A stretch of 63,995 bases of DNA, filler included, from Octopus bimaculoides (taxonomy: Eukaryota): the NCBI RefSeq assembly GCF_001194135.2. It is 7 parts of 6 records of this genome, joined end to end, with 100 filler letters (N's around TTAATTAATTAA, not from the genome) between each part and the next. Parts side by side here need not be neighbours in the genome. Positions count along the whole stretch, not along the records: positions 13,557 to 37,645 come from NC_068998.1; 6 more parts are not named here. One strand, written 5' to 3'. The first letter of the stretch is position 1, and every line of letters begins with the position of its first letter. Position numbers and translations under genes: made by a program. This document shows positions 21,842 through 34,730 of the stretch, piece by piece. Below the pieces are notes generated by a model, which was not told where the DNA came from, did not search any database, and saw only the letters and a list, made by a program, of their open reading frames with translations.

Positions 21842-24800
21842 TTGAAGGGTATATTCGAAGTTTGTGGTGTGCGAAATGTAGGAGAAGTAATTATTGGGTG
21901 TAGTATATGTNNNNNNNNNNNNNNNNNNNNNNNNNNNNNNNNNNNNNNNNNNNNNNNNNNNNNNNNNNNNNNNNNNNNNNNNNNNNNNNNNNNNNNNNNN
22001 NNNNNNNNNNNNNNNNNNNNNNNNNNNNNNNNNNNNNNNNNNNNNNNNNNNNNNNNNNNNNNNNNNNNNNNNNNNNNNNNNNNNNNNNNNNNNNNNNNNN
22101 NNNNNNNNNNNNNNNNNNNNNNNNNNNNNNNNNNNNNNNNNNNNNNNNNNNNNNNNNNNNNNNNNNNNNNNNNNNNNNNNNNNNNNNNNNNNNNNNNNNN
22201 NNNNNNNNNNNNNNNNNNNNNNNNNNNNNNNNNNNNNNNNNNNNNNNNNNNNNNNNNNNNNNNNNNNNNNNNNNNNNNNNNNNNNNNNNNNNNNNNNNNN
22301 NNNNNNNNNNNNNNNNNNNNNNNNNNNNNNNNNNNNNNNNNNNNNNNNNNNNNNNNNNNNNNNNNNNNNNNNNNNNNNNNNNNNNNNNNNNNNNNNNNNN
22401 NNNNNNNNNNNNNNNNNNNNNNNNNNNNNNNNNNNNNNNNNNNNNNNNNNNNNNNNNNNNNNNNNNNNNNNNNNNNNNNNNNNNNNNNNNNNNNNNNNNN
22501 NNNNNNNNNNNNNNNNNNNNNNNNNNNNNNNNNNNTATATATATATATATATATATTAAATGGATAAGATGTCAATAAATGGCATCTAGCATTTCGTGCT
22601 CAGACCAGGCCAGATGTCTAAAATCCAATGTCAAATGGAACAAGGCTAAGGGCAGACAAATAAAAATTGGCTGTGGGCCCTGTGCCGGATGGGCTAATCA
22701 GAGTAACATATACAGAGAGCTGAAGAAAAAGCCATGCCAAAACTGACCTCACCTGTGCAAGTGCCAGGTGTATGTATGTATGTATGTATGTCTACCCGTC
22801 TGTCTGTCTGTCATCCAATCAAATGTATATTGGTGAAGAATATCAAACAGTAGTAAGAAAAAAAAAATCATTATGAATGGAATCCATTGTGATATTTGTT
22901 CTGCCTCAAGTTGCAAACACTCCCTTTATCACTCCTATCATCAGATATGTAGTGAACCTGTGATCGTTTTGCTCTGGATGCCTGTTGCCATCAATACTAT
23001 TGTCGACAAATTGTCATAATAATAAATATATAAACATACCTACATTGATGTGTATATTATGTACATATATATGTATACATATACACACACTTCATATCAT
23101 CTCTTGGTCCAGTAACCCAGCCCCCTTATTAACTTTCTGATCAGTTTTTTTGGTCCTCCACCCACTGTCTCTGCAGCAATTCCAAAAATATGTTTGGGAA
23201 ACATTTTATGTTATTGCTAAAAAAATTATTTTATGAATTCAGTCTCTTTCTTTCTCTCATATAAAACTCTTCACATACACATATGTTAGACACATACACT
23301 TATATGTATACACACACACATAATTACATATTTACACACATTTATTCAGACGCGAAGCAGGAGCTAAAATTGTTGACCTAATTCCAATGTTCTGAAATAT
23401 TTCCTATAATTGTAGGAATTGGTAAGTGTATTAAACACTGTTATTTGTGTTGTAGACAAATTGAAAAATAGTTTTGGAAACTGTGTACAATTGTGTGTTG
23501 TTTAATGAAGAATAGTTTTCAGCCAAATGGAATGGAAAATTTGGGATGAAATTCTATCATCTTTTAGATGAACAGCAGCTTGATGAATTGGTTAACACAA
23601 TGCAAAAATTCACCCTAAAATAAACAAAACAAGGGAAAAAAACTAGAAAAAAATTATACAAAATAAGACTATTTCCTCTTTATTTTTTTCCATTTTTGTG
23701 TAAAATGATTTTTTTTTTTTTTGTCTGTGGATGTGAAGGGGAAAAAATATTTTCTGCTAATATCTTTGAATTGTTGGAGCAGTTTTTAGCTTGCTTAGTT
23801 CCCATCAATGCTCCACGATGAAGGGGATTACTCATGAAGAAAAAAAAAAGNNNNNNNNNNNNNNNNNNNNNNNNNNNNNNNNNNNNNNNNNNNNNNNNNN
23901 NNNNNNNNNNNNNNNNNNNNNNNNNNNNNNNNNNNNNNNNNNNNNNNNNNNNNNNNNNNNNNNNNNNNNNNNNNNNNNNNNNNNNNNNNNNNNNNNNNNN
24001 NNNNNNNNNNNNNNNNNNNNNNNNNNNNNNNNNNNNNNNNNNNNNNNNNNNNNNNNNNNNNNNNNNNNNNNNNNNNNNNNNNNNNNNNNNNNNNNNNNNN
24101 NNNNNNNNNNNNNNNNNNNNNNNNNNNNNNNNNNNNNNNNNNNNNNNNNNNNNNNNNNNNNNNNNNNNNNNNNNNNNNNNNNNNNNNNNNNNNNNNNNNN
24201 NNNNNNNNNNNNNNNNNNNNNNNNNNNNNNNNNNNNNNNNNNNNNNNNNNNNNNNNNNNNNNNNNNNNNNNNNNNNNNNNNNNNNNNNNNNNNNNNNNNN
24301 NNNNNNNNNNNNNNNNNNNNNNNNNNNNNNNNNNNNNNNNNNNNNNNNNNNNNNNNNNNNNNNNNNNNNNNNNNNNNNNNNNNNNNNNNNNNNNNNNNNN
24401 NNNNNNNNNNNNNNNNNNNNNNNNNNNNNNNNNNNNNNNNNNNNNNNNNNNNNNNNNNNNNNNNNNNNNNNNNNCTGTCTGTCTGTCTGCCTGCCCCCCC
24501 CCACTCTCTCTTTCTCTCTGCATCAAAGGTGAAATTTTATCGTTTATTGTATACTATTATGTTTTTGTTGTTTTCTTTTTTGTTTAATGGTTTTATATCT
24601 TGCTGCCTGTCATTTGTATTGTAATAATGCTGACATGTACAGCCACCACCACCACCACCACCACCACACACACCAATGATAAGTGAAAGGAAAATATGAA
24701 TGTGTGGCCTTCAAGCCTTACTGGAGCAGATGGAGTGAAACAATGTTATAGGTGCAGGCATGGATGTGTGACAATTTTGCTTCTAAACACAAAGTCCCAG

Positions 24801-25380
24801 GTTCAATCTCACTGCATTGTACTTTGGACAAGTGTCTTCTATTATTTATTTCTTTATTGCCCATAGGTGGTGCTAAACTTAGAGGGATGTGAATTAAGAG
24901 TAATTTGGCTGCTAGTTCTTGCAAGCTGAGTGACCTCACAGTGAGGCTCCCTTCTTGGTTTGTTTTATGCATATCATTATTGTTTAGCCCCAGGTCAACT
25001 TTACATGAACCAGCACATGATTAGAGGTATCCCAGCCATGGCCATCCTGTATTATTACTCTATATCTTATGACTCTACAGTATCCAATTTATTGTCCTTG
25101 GACAAATTAAGACCAAAAAAAAAAATTGAAGACAAGAACAAACAAACCAAAATCTAAATAAGATTGGTCTTGGAGAAATGGTTTTTTTTTGCAGGTTAAT
25201 TAAAAGTGTTACAATGAGAGAACCACAATTAATTTCTGTTTAATTATGATAATTATAAGGATAGGGGTGGGAAAGAAGATTTCGTTTTTTTTATATATAA
25301 TTTGTAATTATGACTGAGAAAACTAAGAATCATTAAGAAATTTAATGGAATTAGACACTGTGTATGTCTGTGTTTACATA

Positions 25381-25418
<38 letters not shown>

Positions 25419-25493
25419 ATTCTGTGTGTACATGTATATATATATCTGCTTATATCTTAGGTGTATGTATGCATCAGTATATGTCTGCACATA

Positions 25494-25532
<39 letters not shown>

Positions 25533-25707
25533 TTCCCAGAGAATATTCTTCAAACATGACCAGCTTCACTTACTTCAATAATTTTTATTTTATTTAGTTT
25601 TTTGATAAAAAAATTAAAACTGGATAGATGAAAAATATTCAATTAACTGGAACCCCCCCCCCCAACCAGAAATACTACTACTACTACTGCTACTACTCTT
25701 TTCTGCT

Positions 25708-25908
25708 GTAGGCACAAGGCCTGAAATTTGGGGGGAGTGGGATGGTCAATTACATGAACTGGTCCTTTGACCTCAAAAGGATGAAAGGCAAAGTTGACCT
25801 TGGTGGAATTTGAACTCGGAACTTAAAGATGAATGAAATGCCACAAAGCATTCTGCCTGGCATGCTAATGATTCTGCCAGGCATGCTAATGATTCTGCCA
25901 GCTTGCCT
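25708..25908 (-). mobile_element. Family D SINE (left arm of an inverted pair)
   Basis: Reverse complement of family D, with a duplication of GGCATGCTAATGATTCTGCCA. Confidence 0.8.
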
Positions 25909-25919
25909 TTAATTACATA

Positions 25920-26120
25920 AAGCTGTGGAATCGTTAGTGCACCAGGCAAAATGCCTAGTGGTGTTTCGTTCATCTTAATGTTCTGAGTTCAGTCTCTGCT
26001 GAGGTCCACTTTTGCCTTCATCCTTTTAGGGTCGATGAAATAAGTACCTGTTACGCACTGGGGGTCGATGTAATTGACTTACCCTCTCCTCTGAAATTGC
26101 TGCCCTTGTGCCAAAATTTT
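25920..26120 (+). mobile_element. Family D SINE (right arm of an inverted pair)
   Basis: GAATCGTTAGTGCACCAGGCAAAATGC...CTGAGTTCAG...CCCTTGTGCCAAAATTT. Confidence 0.8.
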
Positions 26121-26781
26121 AAATGATTATTAATAAAGAAAAGACCTCCCAAAAAGGGCCAGTGGACAAACCACAAAAAAAACACTAAATTGCTCTGATA
26201 TACCTGAGGCACACCTGGGAAATAAGATGGTTGCAAGTTGGAATGCCGTTGATTGTAGGTCTGCTGGATCAAGGCCAATCTGTGGTTAAACAACTGACCC
26301 ACATGTTAAAAGTTATTAGCGACCATGTCATTAAATAACGACACTAAATTGGAACCTGTCCCCCCACCACCACCACCCTGTCCCATCATTCCTTTGTGTC
26401 AATGTCTTCTCTCCTATGTCTTCATAAACTCATTGATTTTTATCTCTACCTCAACTGATGTAACACAATCTCACCTTAATTAACTGCGATATTATTTCCT
26501 CTTCACTTGCAGGAGTTCTTAATATAGGAACTCGTTACCTTAGCCTACCTGCTGTTCTCTCTCTCTCATACTCTCACTTGTTCTTTCTCTCTCTCTCTTA
26601 TCTTACACATTCACTTTCTTTCTTTCTTTCTTTCTTGTACAATGTGTCTGAAATAAATTTAATTATTAATTACATTTAAATGTTATTTATTTATCTATAT
26701 TAATTAATTTATTTATGCATTTATTATCAACGTGGTGAGGTGGTAGAACTGTCTGTGTGTTGGACAAAATGCTTATACCTG

Positions 26782-26830
<49 letters not shown>

Positions 26831-27346
26831 NNNNNNNNNNNNNNNNNNNNNNNNNNNNNNNNNNNNNNNNNNNNNNNNNNNNNNNNNNNNNNNNNNNNNN
26901 NNNNNNNNNNNNNNNNNNNNNNNNNNNNNNNNNNNNNNNNNNNNNNNNNNNNNNNNNNNNNNNNNNNNNNNNNNNNNNNNNNNNNNNNNNNNNNNNNNNN
27001 NNNNNNNNNNNNNNNNNNNNNNNNNNNNNNNNNNNNNNNNNNNNNNNNNNNNNNNNNNNNNNNNNNNNNNNNNNNNNNNNNNNNNNNNNNNNNNNNNNNN
27101 NNNNNNNNNNNNNNNNNNNNNNNNNNNNNNNNNNNNNNNNNNNNNNNNNNNNNNNNNNNNNNNNNNNNNNNNNNNNNNNNNNNNNNNNNNNNNNNNNNNN
27201 NNNNNNNNNNNNNNNNNNNNNNNNNNNNNNNNNNNNNNNNNNNNNNNNNNNNNNNNNNNNNNNNNNNNNNNNNNNNNNNNNNNNNNNNNNNNNNNNNNNN
27301 NNNNNNNNNNNNNNNNNNNNNNNNNNNNNNNNNNNNNNNNNNNNNN

Positions 27347-27630
27347 GGTGGTGGTGGTGGTGGTGGAGGTGTGCATAGATCTGTTATTGTATTTAACACT
27401 GCTGTCCCTGTCATCATGAACACCAGTGCCATCATCATCATCATCATCATCATTAGGTTTAAAACTAGCACCACCATTATCACTTCCATCACCACCACTA
27501 CCACCATAACCACCAGTGCCATCATCATCATCATCATCATCATTACCAGGTTTAATTCTAGTACCACCACCATCGTTACTACCACCATCGTTACTACCAC
27601 CATCACCACTGCTACCCCCAGCTCCAACTG
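27347..27630. repeat. Complex (GGT)n/(CAT)n/(CAC)n repeat with a duplicated ~90-bp unit
   Basis: CACCAGTGCCATCATCATCATCATCATCATCATTA occurs at 27421 and 27511. Confidence 0.8.
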
Positions 27631-27701
27631 AAACTGTTGCTCATTTAAAAATATTTTATTTATTTTGGTTTTTGATCTTAGTAGAGAAACAAAGATTCTA
27701 T

Positions 27702-27741
<40 letters not shown>

Positions 27742-28740
27742 TATGAGAGAGAGTGAGAAAGACACACACACACACACTGAGAGTGTTTGTGAGTGAGAGA
27801 GAGAGAGAGAGAGAGCAAGAGATTGAGTGTGTGGTGGTGGGGGGGGGAGAGAGAATAACAGCATAGAAGTTAATATATTCTATAATATCGTAGTTTAGGG
27901 ATGATGATGATGTTGTGTGTGGTGGATGTTGGGTAGTCATGACATTATGGTTAAAAAAGTTCTCCTTGTAACAACATAGGTTTTGGATTGAACCCTACGA
28001 TGCAAAACCAAAGGTAAATGTGCCACAGCCTTTGGTTGACCTGTGACTGAAATTTGGTAGACAGAAATTGTAAGGAAGCCGACCATTCCTGTTATTGAGT
28101 AGCAGACTCTTGAATATCTTGTTAGCATTTTGTTAAGTCTCTGCTTCCAGGTCAGTTTCTTTCCTTCCTTCCTTCCTTCCACCAATCTTTGAGATCTTCA
28201 AATATGTCTCTTAATGCTTACCATTTCATCTTTGGAATTATTAAAAAGGAAAGAAGAATATAAAGTTGCCTTTAACCAAGACCATTCCTCACTAGTTCTG
28301 GGTAAAAAAAAAAAGCAAGAAAAAAAAAAAAGCATTGGAGCAGTTTCTTCAGAAAAAGGGAAATGAAGATTTTCTGGCTCCATTCTGTGAAGTCGAAGAA
28401 TTTATTAATCAATCTGTCTTGTTTCCAAAAAAAAAAAAAAAAAAAAACCCCAACTACAATGGTTGGTGACAAATATTTTAGCTTTAATTATCTAAATACA
28501 ATCTTTATGATTGTTTAACTGAATAATATTTATTTTGTTTTCCTTTTTTATGTTATTTATTTGGAGAAAAATAATGGCAAAAACAGAAAAGCTCAACTTT
28601 ACAATGGCCATATAATTCATTTTCAAATCAGTCAACCATAAATATTGATTGGGTGAGGATATTAATTAGCAGAAAACACCTACAGGCCTTGGCCCATGCG
28701 CTGAACATGTGATTTCATTTCACACACATCCAACATAAGC

Positions 28741-28799
<59 letters not shown>

Positions 28800-29047
28800 A
28801 ATGATACACTGAAAGCAATGCATACCAAATTCAATTAGCTATTCGCCCCCCACCCTCCACACATTACCATCTTTCTGTTATCTTTTACTTGTTTCAGTCA
28901 TTACAGGCCATGCTAGAGCACTGCTCTGAGGAATTTCTAGTCGAACAAATTGACCCCAGTACTAATCAAGTACCAGTCAAATACGAGGAACACTCTCCAT
29001 GCAAAATTAATTAATTATTATTATTATTATTATTATTATTATTTATA

Positions 29048-29200
29048 ACTAGCAGAGATACCCGGCGTTGCCCGTGTTACATACAATTGAAGAATTAGAC
29101 CTTTCTGTTATATTTTCTCTAATGAACTGGAATACCTATGATTCGAATTTCATCAAAATTGCAGGTGAGGGTTCTTACCCTCTTTACACACCCATACAGA
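29048..29200 (+). mobile_element. Helitron/Helentron-like non-autonomous element, 5' end
   Basis: ACTAGCAGAGATACCCGGCGTTGCCCG terminus plus an internal AATTTCATCAAAAT block, typical of Lep1/DINE-like elements. The first 50 bp recur at 36598. Confidence 0.55.
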
Positions 29201-29748
29201 AGAGGCAAGAGTGGGAATCCTTGACGGACCGAATGAGCAATGCTAAACAATTCCAATAGGTGGCCATTTACTTTGACCATCAAACAGATGTTGCTCTACA
29301 TTACAGCGATATGTTGTCTTGTTTCCTCTCCCTCCTGCTGTGCGTCCGAGTTAATTCTGGTTGTGCGTAACATGATCTTTCATAATGTGAAATATAATAT
29401 TGTTTAATTCTTTCGTTTCTATGAAACTACAACATTAATAAAAACAAAAAAGAAAAGGAAAAGCGGGAATGAAAAAGAAAGAGAAAAGGGAGAAAATGAT
29501 TTAAATAAAGTTTACAAAAAAAAAAAAAGCCACACAATGAGTATTGTATTATTTCTGATATTAAAATGAAAATAAAAAAATAAGAAATTTGTATAAATTT
29601 CTAAAAGTGAAACCTGAAGAGCTTCTTCAGCTCTGAAACATTTTAGAGCTGACATCATTGTCCTTTGTTAACCATTTAAATGTTGTAGTTGTTGTTGTTG
29701 CTTTTTATTGAGTGGCATATTGTTTAAAGGTTGGAATATGAAGCTGCT

Positions 29749-29781
<33 letters not shown>

Positions 29782-31259
29782 TTCATCATCATCATCACCA
29801 TCATACTGACATCATCATTATTCATCATTATCACTGTTGTTCTACTTATTATCATCGAAGAGAAATGTAAGCAAATGAGGGTCCTTCTGTGGTTGTTTGA
29901 CATGCTAGAAATAACAACTGAGTATCGCTAAAATCACACCTTACCTCAGGCATTATAACCCACTGTGCCACGACATTCTTGTGTGCCACATGTGGTTTGC
30001 AAGAAAGCTATTTTTTTAGTAAAAATCGTAAAATATAATCCAAATGTTTAGAAAATATCACCAAGTGTAGGTGAAGACCCAGCTTGGATGTTTGCAACAG
30101 AGTTGGTCTCACTAAAGCTGCCCAAGATGTCAGGAGTGATTGATGTTCATCCAGGTAACGGATTCAGTCTATCGCTCTATAGGCTAGAGTGGGATTTGAA
30201 CTGGGAATAAATACCTTAAGGCATTTGGCCCTGTATTTTCTCTGCCCGGGATTGTCATCAACTGCAATTGTTGATGTTGTTTGTTATCTTTTGACATTTC
30301 TAGTGTTGTGGTTGTTCTTTAATCCCAAATCAGTCAGTCTTGTTCCAGCAGACTTATGATTAAAGATATTTGAGTTATCACATCTCAGTTTCTTTCCTTG
30401 GTTTTGGAAATATGTGCAATATATATCACACGACCCCTTTGGTTTTGGAAATATCTACAGTACCCTGGACGTTATTATCTAACACGAGACCTTTTTTTAG
30501 ACAGTAATGTGTGGTTTGAGGGAAATTTTGCTGTTGTTTCTACCAGTCTTAGTGACAATGTAGAGGCTCCCTTGTTTCCTCTTTCTTCAGCTGTTGTACA
30601 TCTTGTATCTATCTGCCAGTTCCATTATGATATTCACAGACACAACTTAGCAACTCTCCATAAAGGCTTATTTCACACATTTCTTAGCAAGTGCCTGCCA
30701 CTTGTTCTTCTCCTCCTCCACCTCCTCTTTCTTCTTTCACTCCTACTCCACCACCTTCACCACCATGTGGGTGGAATAACTAAAAACCATGTCCATGTCA
30801 GTGGCTATAAGGGTTGTCTCTCTCTCTCTCTCTCCCATCTCCCTCTTTCTCTCCATCTTTCCATCCACCCATCCTATTATAAACACACAACACAAATATT
30901 TCTTCTCTCTCTCTTCACACTTCCTGTCTCTGAAGAGAGCAAAACATAACTCTGTGATTGCCAGAGAATAAGACAATTGTCACCTTTTGTTCTTTGTTCT
31001 CCCCCCCCCCCCATATAAAGACAGACCACCACCACCACCAACCCCAACAACATACTTGTTGGTCTGCTGTTTCATTGTTAGTTAACTGATTACATCTTTA
31101 TCGTCTTTCTCCTTTCTCTCTTTTTCCTTTCCACCCTCTTCCCACCCTCTCTCCAGACACTACCCATTATTTTTTATGCTTTTATCCGCTTCATTTTGTG
31201 GGATTTTGTTTTTCTCTCCATGGATATTCTTTTGTGTTGTTGTCGTTGTTGTTTGTGAT

Positions 31260-31790
31260 CCGAAGATGGCAAAATCGCATTAGCAGCCTTCCTTTTGACT
31301 CTTTGGGTTTTGAGTTCAAATGCCACTGAAGCCAACTTTGTCTTTCATTCTTTCAGGGTCAATAAATTAAGTAGAAATTGAACACTGGGGTTGATATAAT
31401 AGACTAGCCCCTCCCCTCAAATTCCAAGCTTTGTGCTTATAAAAGAAAAGATTATTATTATTATTTGTAAGTATCAGATAACTTTTCACAAGTTAAGTTA
31501 GTATTACTTCAATATAGCCATCTTTTCATTTTATATTCAATTTAAAATAATGATAATAATAATAATAATAATAATAATAATAGTTTTAAATCTTGGCACA
31601 AGGCCAGCAATTTTAGAAGGGATATGTTGATTACACCGACTACCAATATTCAGCTGGTACTTATTTTATTGACCTTGAAAGGATGACAGGCAAAGTTGAC
31701 CCCAGCAGAATTTGAACTCAGAACGTGAAGATAGACAAAATACTGTCAAGCATTTCATCTGGTAGGCTAATGAATCTGCCAGTTCACTAC
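31260..31790. mobile_element. Two family D SINEs tail-to-tail (+ 31260-31445; - 31585-31790)
   Basis: TTTGAGTTCAAATGCCACTGAAGCCAAC (+) and GTTGACCCCAGCAGAATTTGAACTCAG (-), separated by about 140 bp including (AAT)n. Confidence 0.75.
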
Positions 31791-31890
31791 CTAATTAAAA
31801 GTCTGAAATAACATTCCAGTCTGTTAATCCTTCATGTTCATCTTTGTATTGTATTCCTTGCCCCTGTGGCAAATAAAGCATTATTATTAT

Positions 31891-31922
<32 letters not shown>

Positions 31923-33274
31923 ATTTCATTCTTAAATTACTGCAAATTTATATTTGTATCAGAATCTAATAGCATCAGAATTGTCTTGGAAATTACACAA
32001 ACACAACCTTACCTCCCCCTCCCCCCTACACCCTACCCTCAAAATCTATGATTTTTCTCCAATTTGCAAAATTCGGTTTTTCAGTGCATTCCTCAAAGAC
32101 TGGCTTTCTTTCTTTTTTTCAGTTTGTTTCTACTTTTTATATTATCATTATTATCTTTTTAATTTCAGATTTACTTCTTTACATAGAGAGAGAGAGAGGA
32201 GTGAAAGAGGTTGTGGGTGGGTGTGTGGGCGGTTTGTTTGGGTGGGCGGTGGGTGTTGACTTGTACAGCAATGTACTTGTTCACTCCTCACTATATTTAT
32301 CCCAAATTAACTGTAAGACACTTGAAGGCTTTTAAAAGAAATTATATTCTAAGAATTATGCGTGCGTGATTGTATACAAACACACACATATATGCATGTA
32401 CGTGTGCATGTGTGTGTGTGTGTGTGTGTGTTTGTATATATACATACACACAAATAGATACACAGTTTCTTTGTTATGTAATTTTTCTTTTTAATGTTGT
32501 GTGTTTTTGTTTTTGTTTTTGTTAACAACAACAACAACAACAATAATAATAATTTCTGTGGGTTGAATCTAGAAACATCATTGACGTAACTCAGGAAGCT
32601 ATAGAAATTAGCTGACCAGATTCCACTGCCACCACCCCTACCATCTTCGCCTCCGTCAATGTCCCCCCCCTCCTCGCTACCACAATCTTGTTCTGTTTCA
32701 TTCTTCTATTCTTGTATTCTCCTTTCTTCACACACTACAATTCTACATCCTTTTTAACATCCTTCTTGATAGGCTGTCACTCTGATTACATCATTCTGCG
32801 ATTGATGCCTGAGATTGGGGGCTTCACAAAGAATCTAGCGCACGCCACTTGGTTGGTTGGTTGGTTGGTTGCCGTTTTTGGTTTGCAAATGTGTTCTTTC
32901 ATTTCTTCAAGACTTTAATATTATTATTATTATTATTATTATTATTTGCCTTTTTTCTTTTTCTCTTTTTCTTTTACATTGTTCCTTCTTCGTTTTCATT
33001 TTCTCATTAATCAGCTAATATTAGTTTGTTTCAAGAAAAGAATAATCAAAAAACAAAGAACAAATCAAAAAAAAAAAATCTTCCTGAAAAATTGCGCCCC
33101 CCCCCCGTCCAATTTTATTAAAAGTATTTGTTTCTTTATGACTTTTATTGTACATTATTCAAAGAGGGAGGCACAGTGCATGTGACCTTAGCTGCCCCAC
33201 CCCTGCTGCTTTTAGATTGTAGGGACTAATGCCCCAACGCTTGAAAGTCTGTTGGTCAAATACCTTTTGTTGTG

Positions 33275-33510
33275 TCAGTCATTAGGCTGTGGCCATGCTG
33301 GGTCAGCACCTTGAAGAATTTTTAGTTGAATGAACAGATTCCAGTACTTTTTTATTTTTTAAAATCTGGTGCCTATTCTATCAGTCATTTTTCATTGATT
33401 TGCTAGGTCACAGGGATGTCAACACACCAACACCGCTTATCAAGCGGTGGTGGGGGACACACACACGCATATACATTTATATGATGGGCTTCTTTCAGTT
33501 TCTGTCTCAA
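33275..33510 (-). mobile_element. Family C SINE 3' part
   Basis: CAGTCATTAGGCTGTGGCCATGCTGG...CAACACCGCTTATCAAGCGGTGGTGGGGGAC...GGGCTTCTTTCAGTTTC. Confidence 0.75.
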
Positions 33511-33645
33511 GTTGACCTTGGTAGGATTTGAACTCAGACCATAAAGACTCAGAACAAATACCATAAGGCCTTTTTTTCCTCCAATGCTGAAGCTTGCATC
33601 TAGACCATAAACTTTTGAAGCTTGTCCAACATCATCATCATTTAA

Positions 33646-33707
<62 letters not shown>

Positions 33708-34182
33708 TCATCATCATATATATATAATATACACACACACATGTACATACATAATTTGATACATACATAAACACATAGTTACATATGTTTACAAATTAAC
33801 TTACCAAAATATATACAGACATACACATATAGCTATAATGCTTATACAGTCATGTATTTTGCAACGTGTGTATGTGTTGTATGAGATAACCAGAGATTAA
33901 GTAATCCCCATTTATCTTGCATAAATTACCATTTATCAGATTCTACGCATTTTCAATACAAGGTTGCATTCAGCACTTTTATGCTTCTGTAGCGTAATGT
34001 ATATATATATATATATATATTTTTTTTAAATGTGTATATCTATGTATAATATTTATTGTATGTATGTTCTCACACACATTCTTACATGCACACACACATA
34101 CACACACCTAAAAGGCTTAAATCCAGACATTCGTTTCACTTCTGTTGTATTTATGTAATGTTTGTTATTTCCTTTCCTTCAG

Positions 34183-34235
34183 ATTCCTCCTTATTCTACT
34201 CTGGAAACTCCCGGCATTCGAGAAAGTGATTTATT
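34183..34235 (+). CDS. Candidate internal exon (53 nt)
   Basis: Strong acceptor TTTGTTATTTCCTTTCCTTCAG and donor TT|GTAAGT in non-repeat DNA. Open frames: FLLILLWKLPAFEKVIY (phase 2-1) or IPPYSTLETPGIRESDL (phase 0-2). Confidence 0.5.
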
Positions 34236-34624
34236 GTAAGTCATGAAATTTCTACATTTTTTTTGTGATTTGTTTTTGTTGTTGTTAAAAAAAAATTTTT
34301 TTTTTTAAAGTGCAGGAGTGGCTGTGTGGTAAGAAGTTTGCTTCTCAACCACACAGTTCCAAGTTCAGTGCCACTAGGGCCGGGGCCTCTCTAATTGATT
34401 TGTCCTCTCCCCTCGAAATCACTTGCCTTATGTCAAAGTTTAAAACAATTATTATTGTCAAGGCAAGAAATCTGACAGAACCATTGGGACATTGGTCAAA
34501 ATGCTTAGTGGTTTTTCTTCTAATTCTTTATTCTGAGCTCAAATCTTGCTGAAGTCAAATTTACCTTTCATCAGGGTGGATAGAATAAAGTACTTGTCAA
34601 ATAATGGGGTTAATGTGTTTATGA

Positions 34625-34730
34625 CCCTGTTGGGCTCAGGGATTCCTGTTGGGCTCAAGGCTATTCGGCTCAGTAACTCTTGTTGGGTCCAGGGACTCCT
34701 GTTGGGCTCAGGGACTCCTATTGGATTTAT
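34625..34730. repeat. ~19-bp minisatellite
   Basis: About five degenerate units of CCTGTTGGGCTCAGGGA(C/T)T. Confidence 0.75.

Noticed and set aside
29611-29650. CTGAAGA-GCT-TCTTCAG-CTCT-GAAAC hammerhead-like string
   Set aside because: The core is sequestered in its own 7-bp hairpin, the stem II register is incompatible with the core, and there is no stem I or III.
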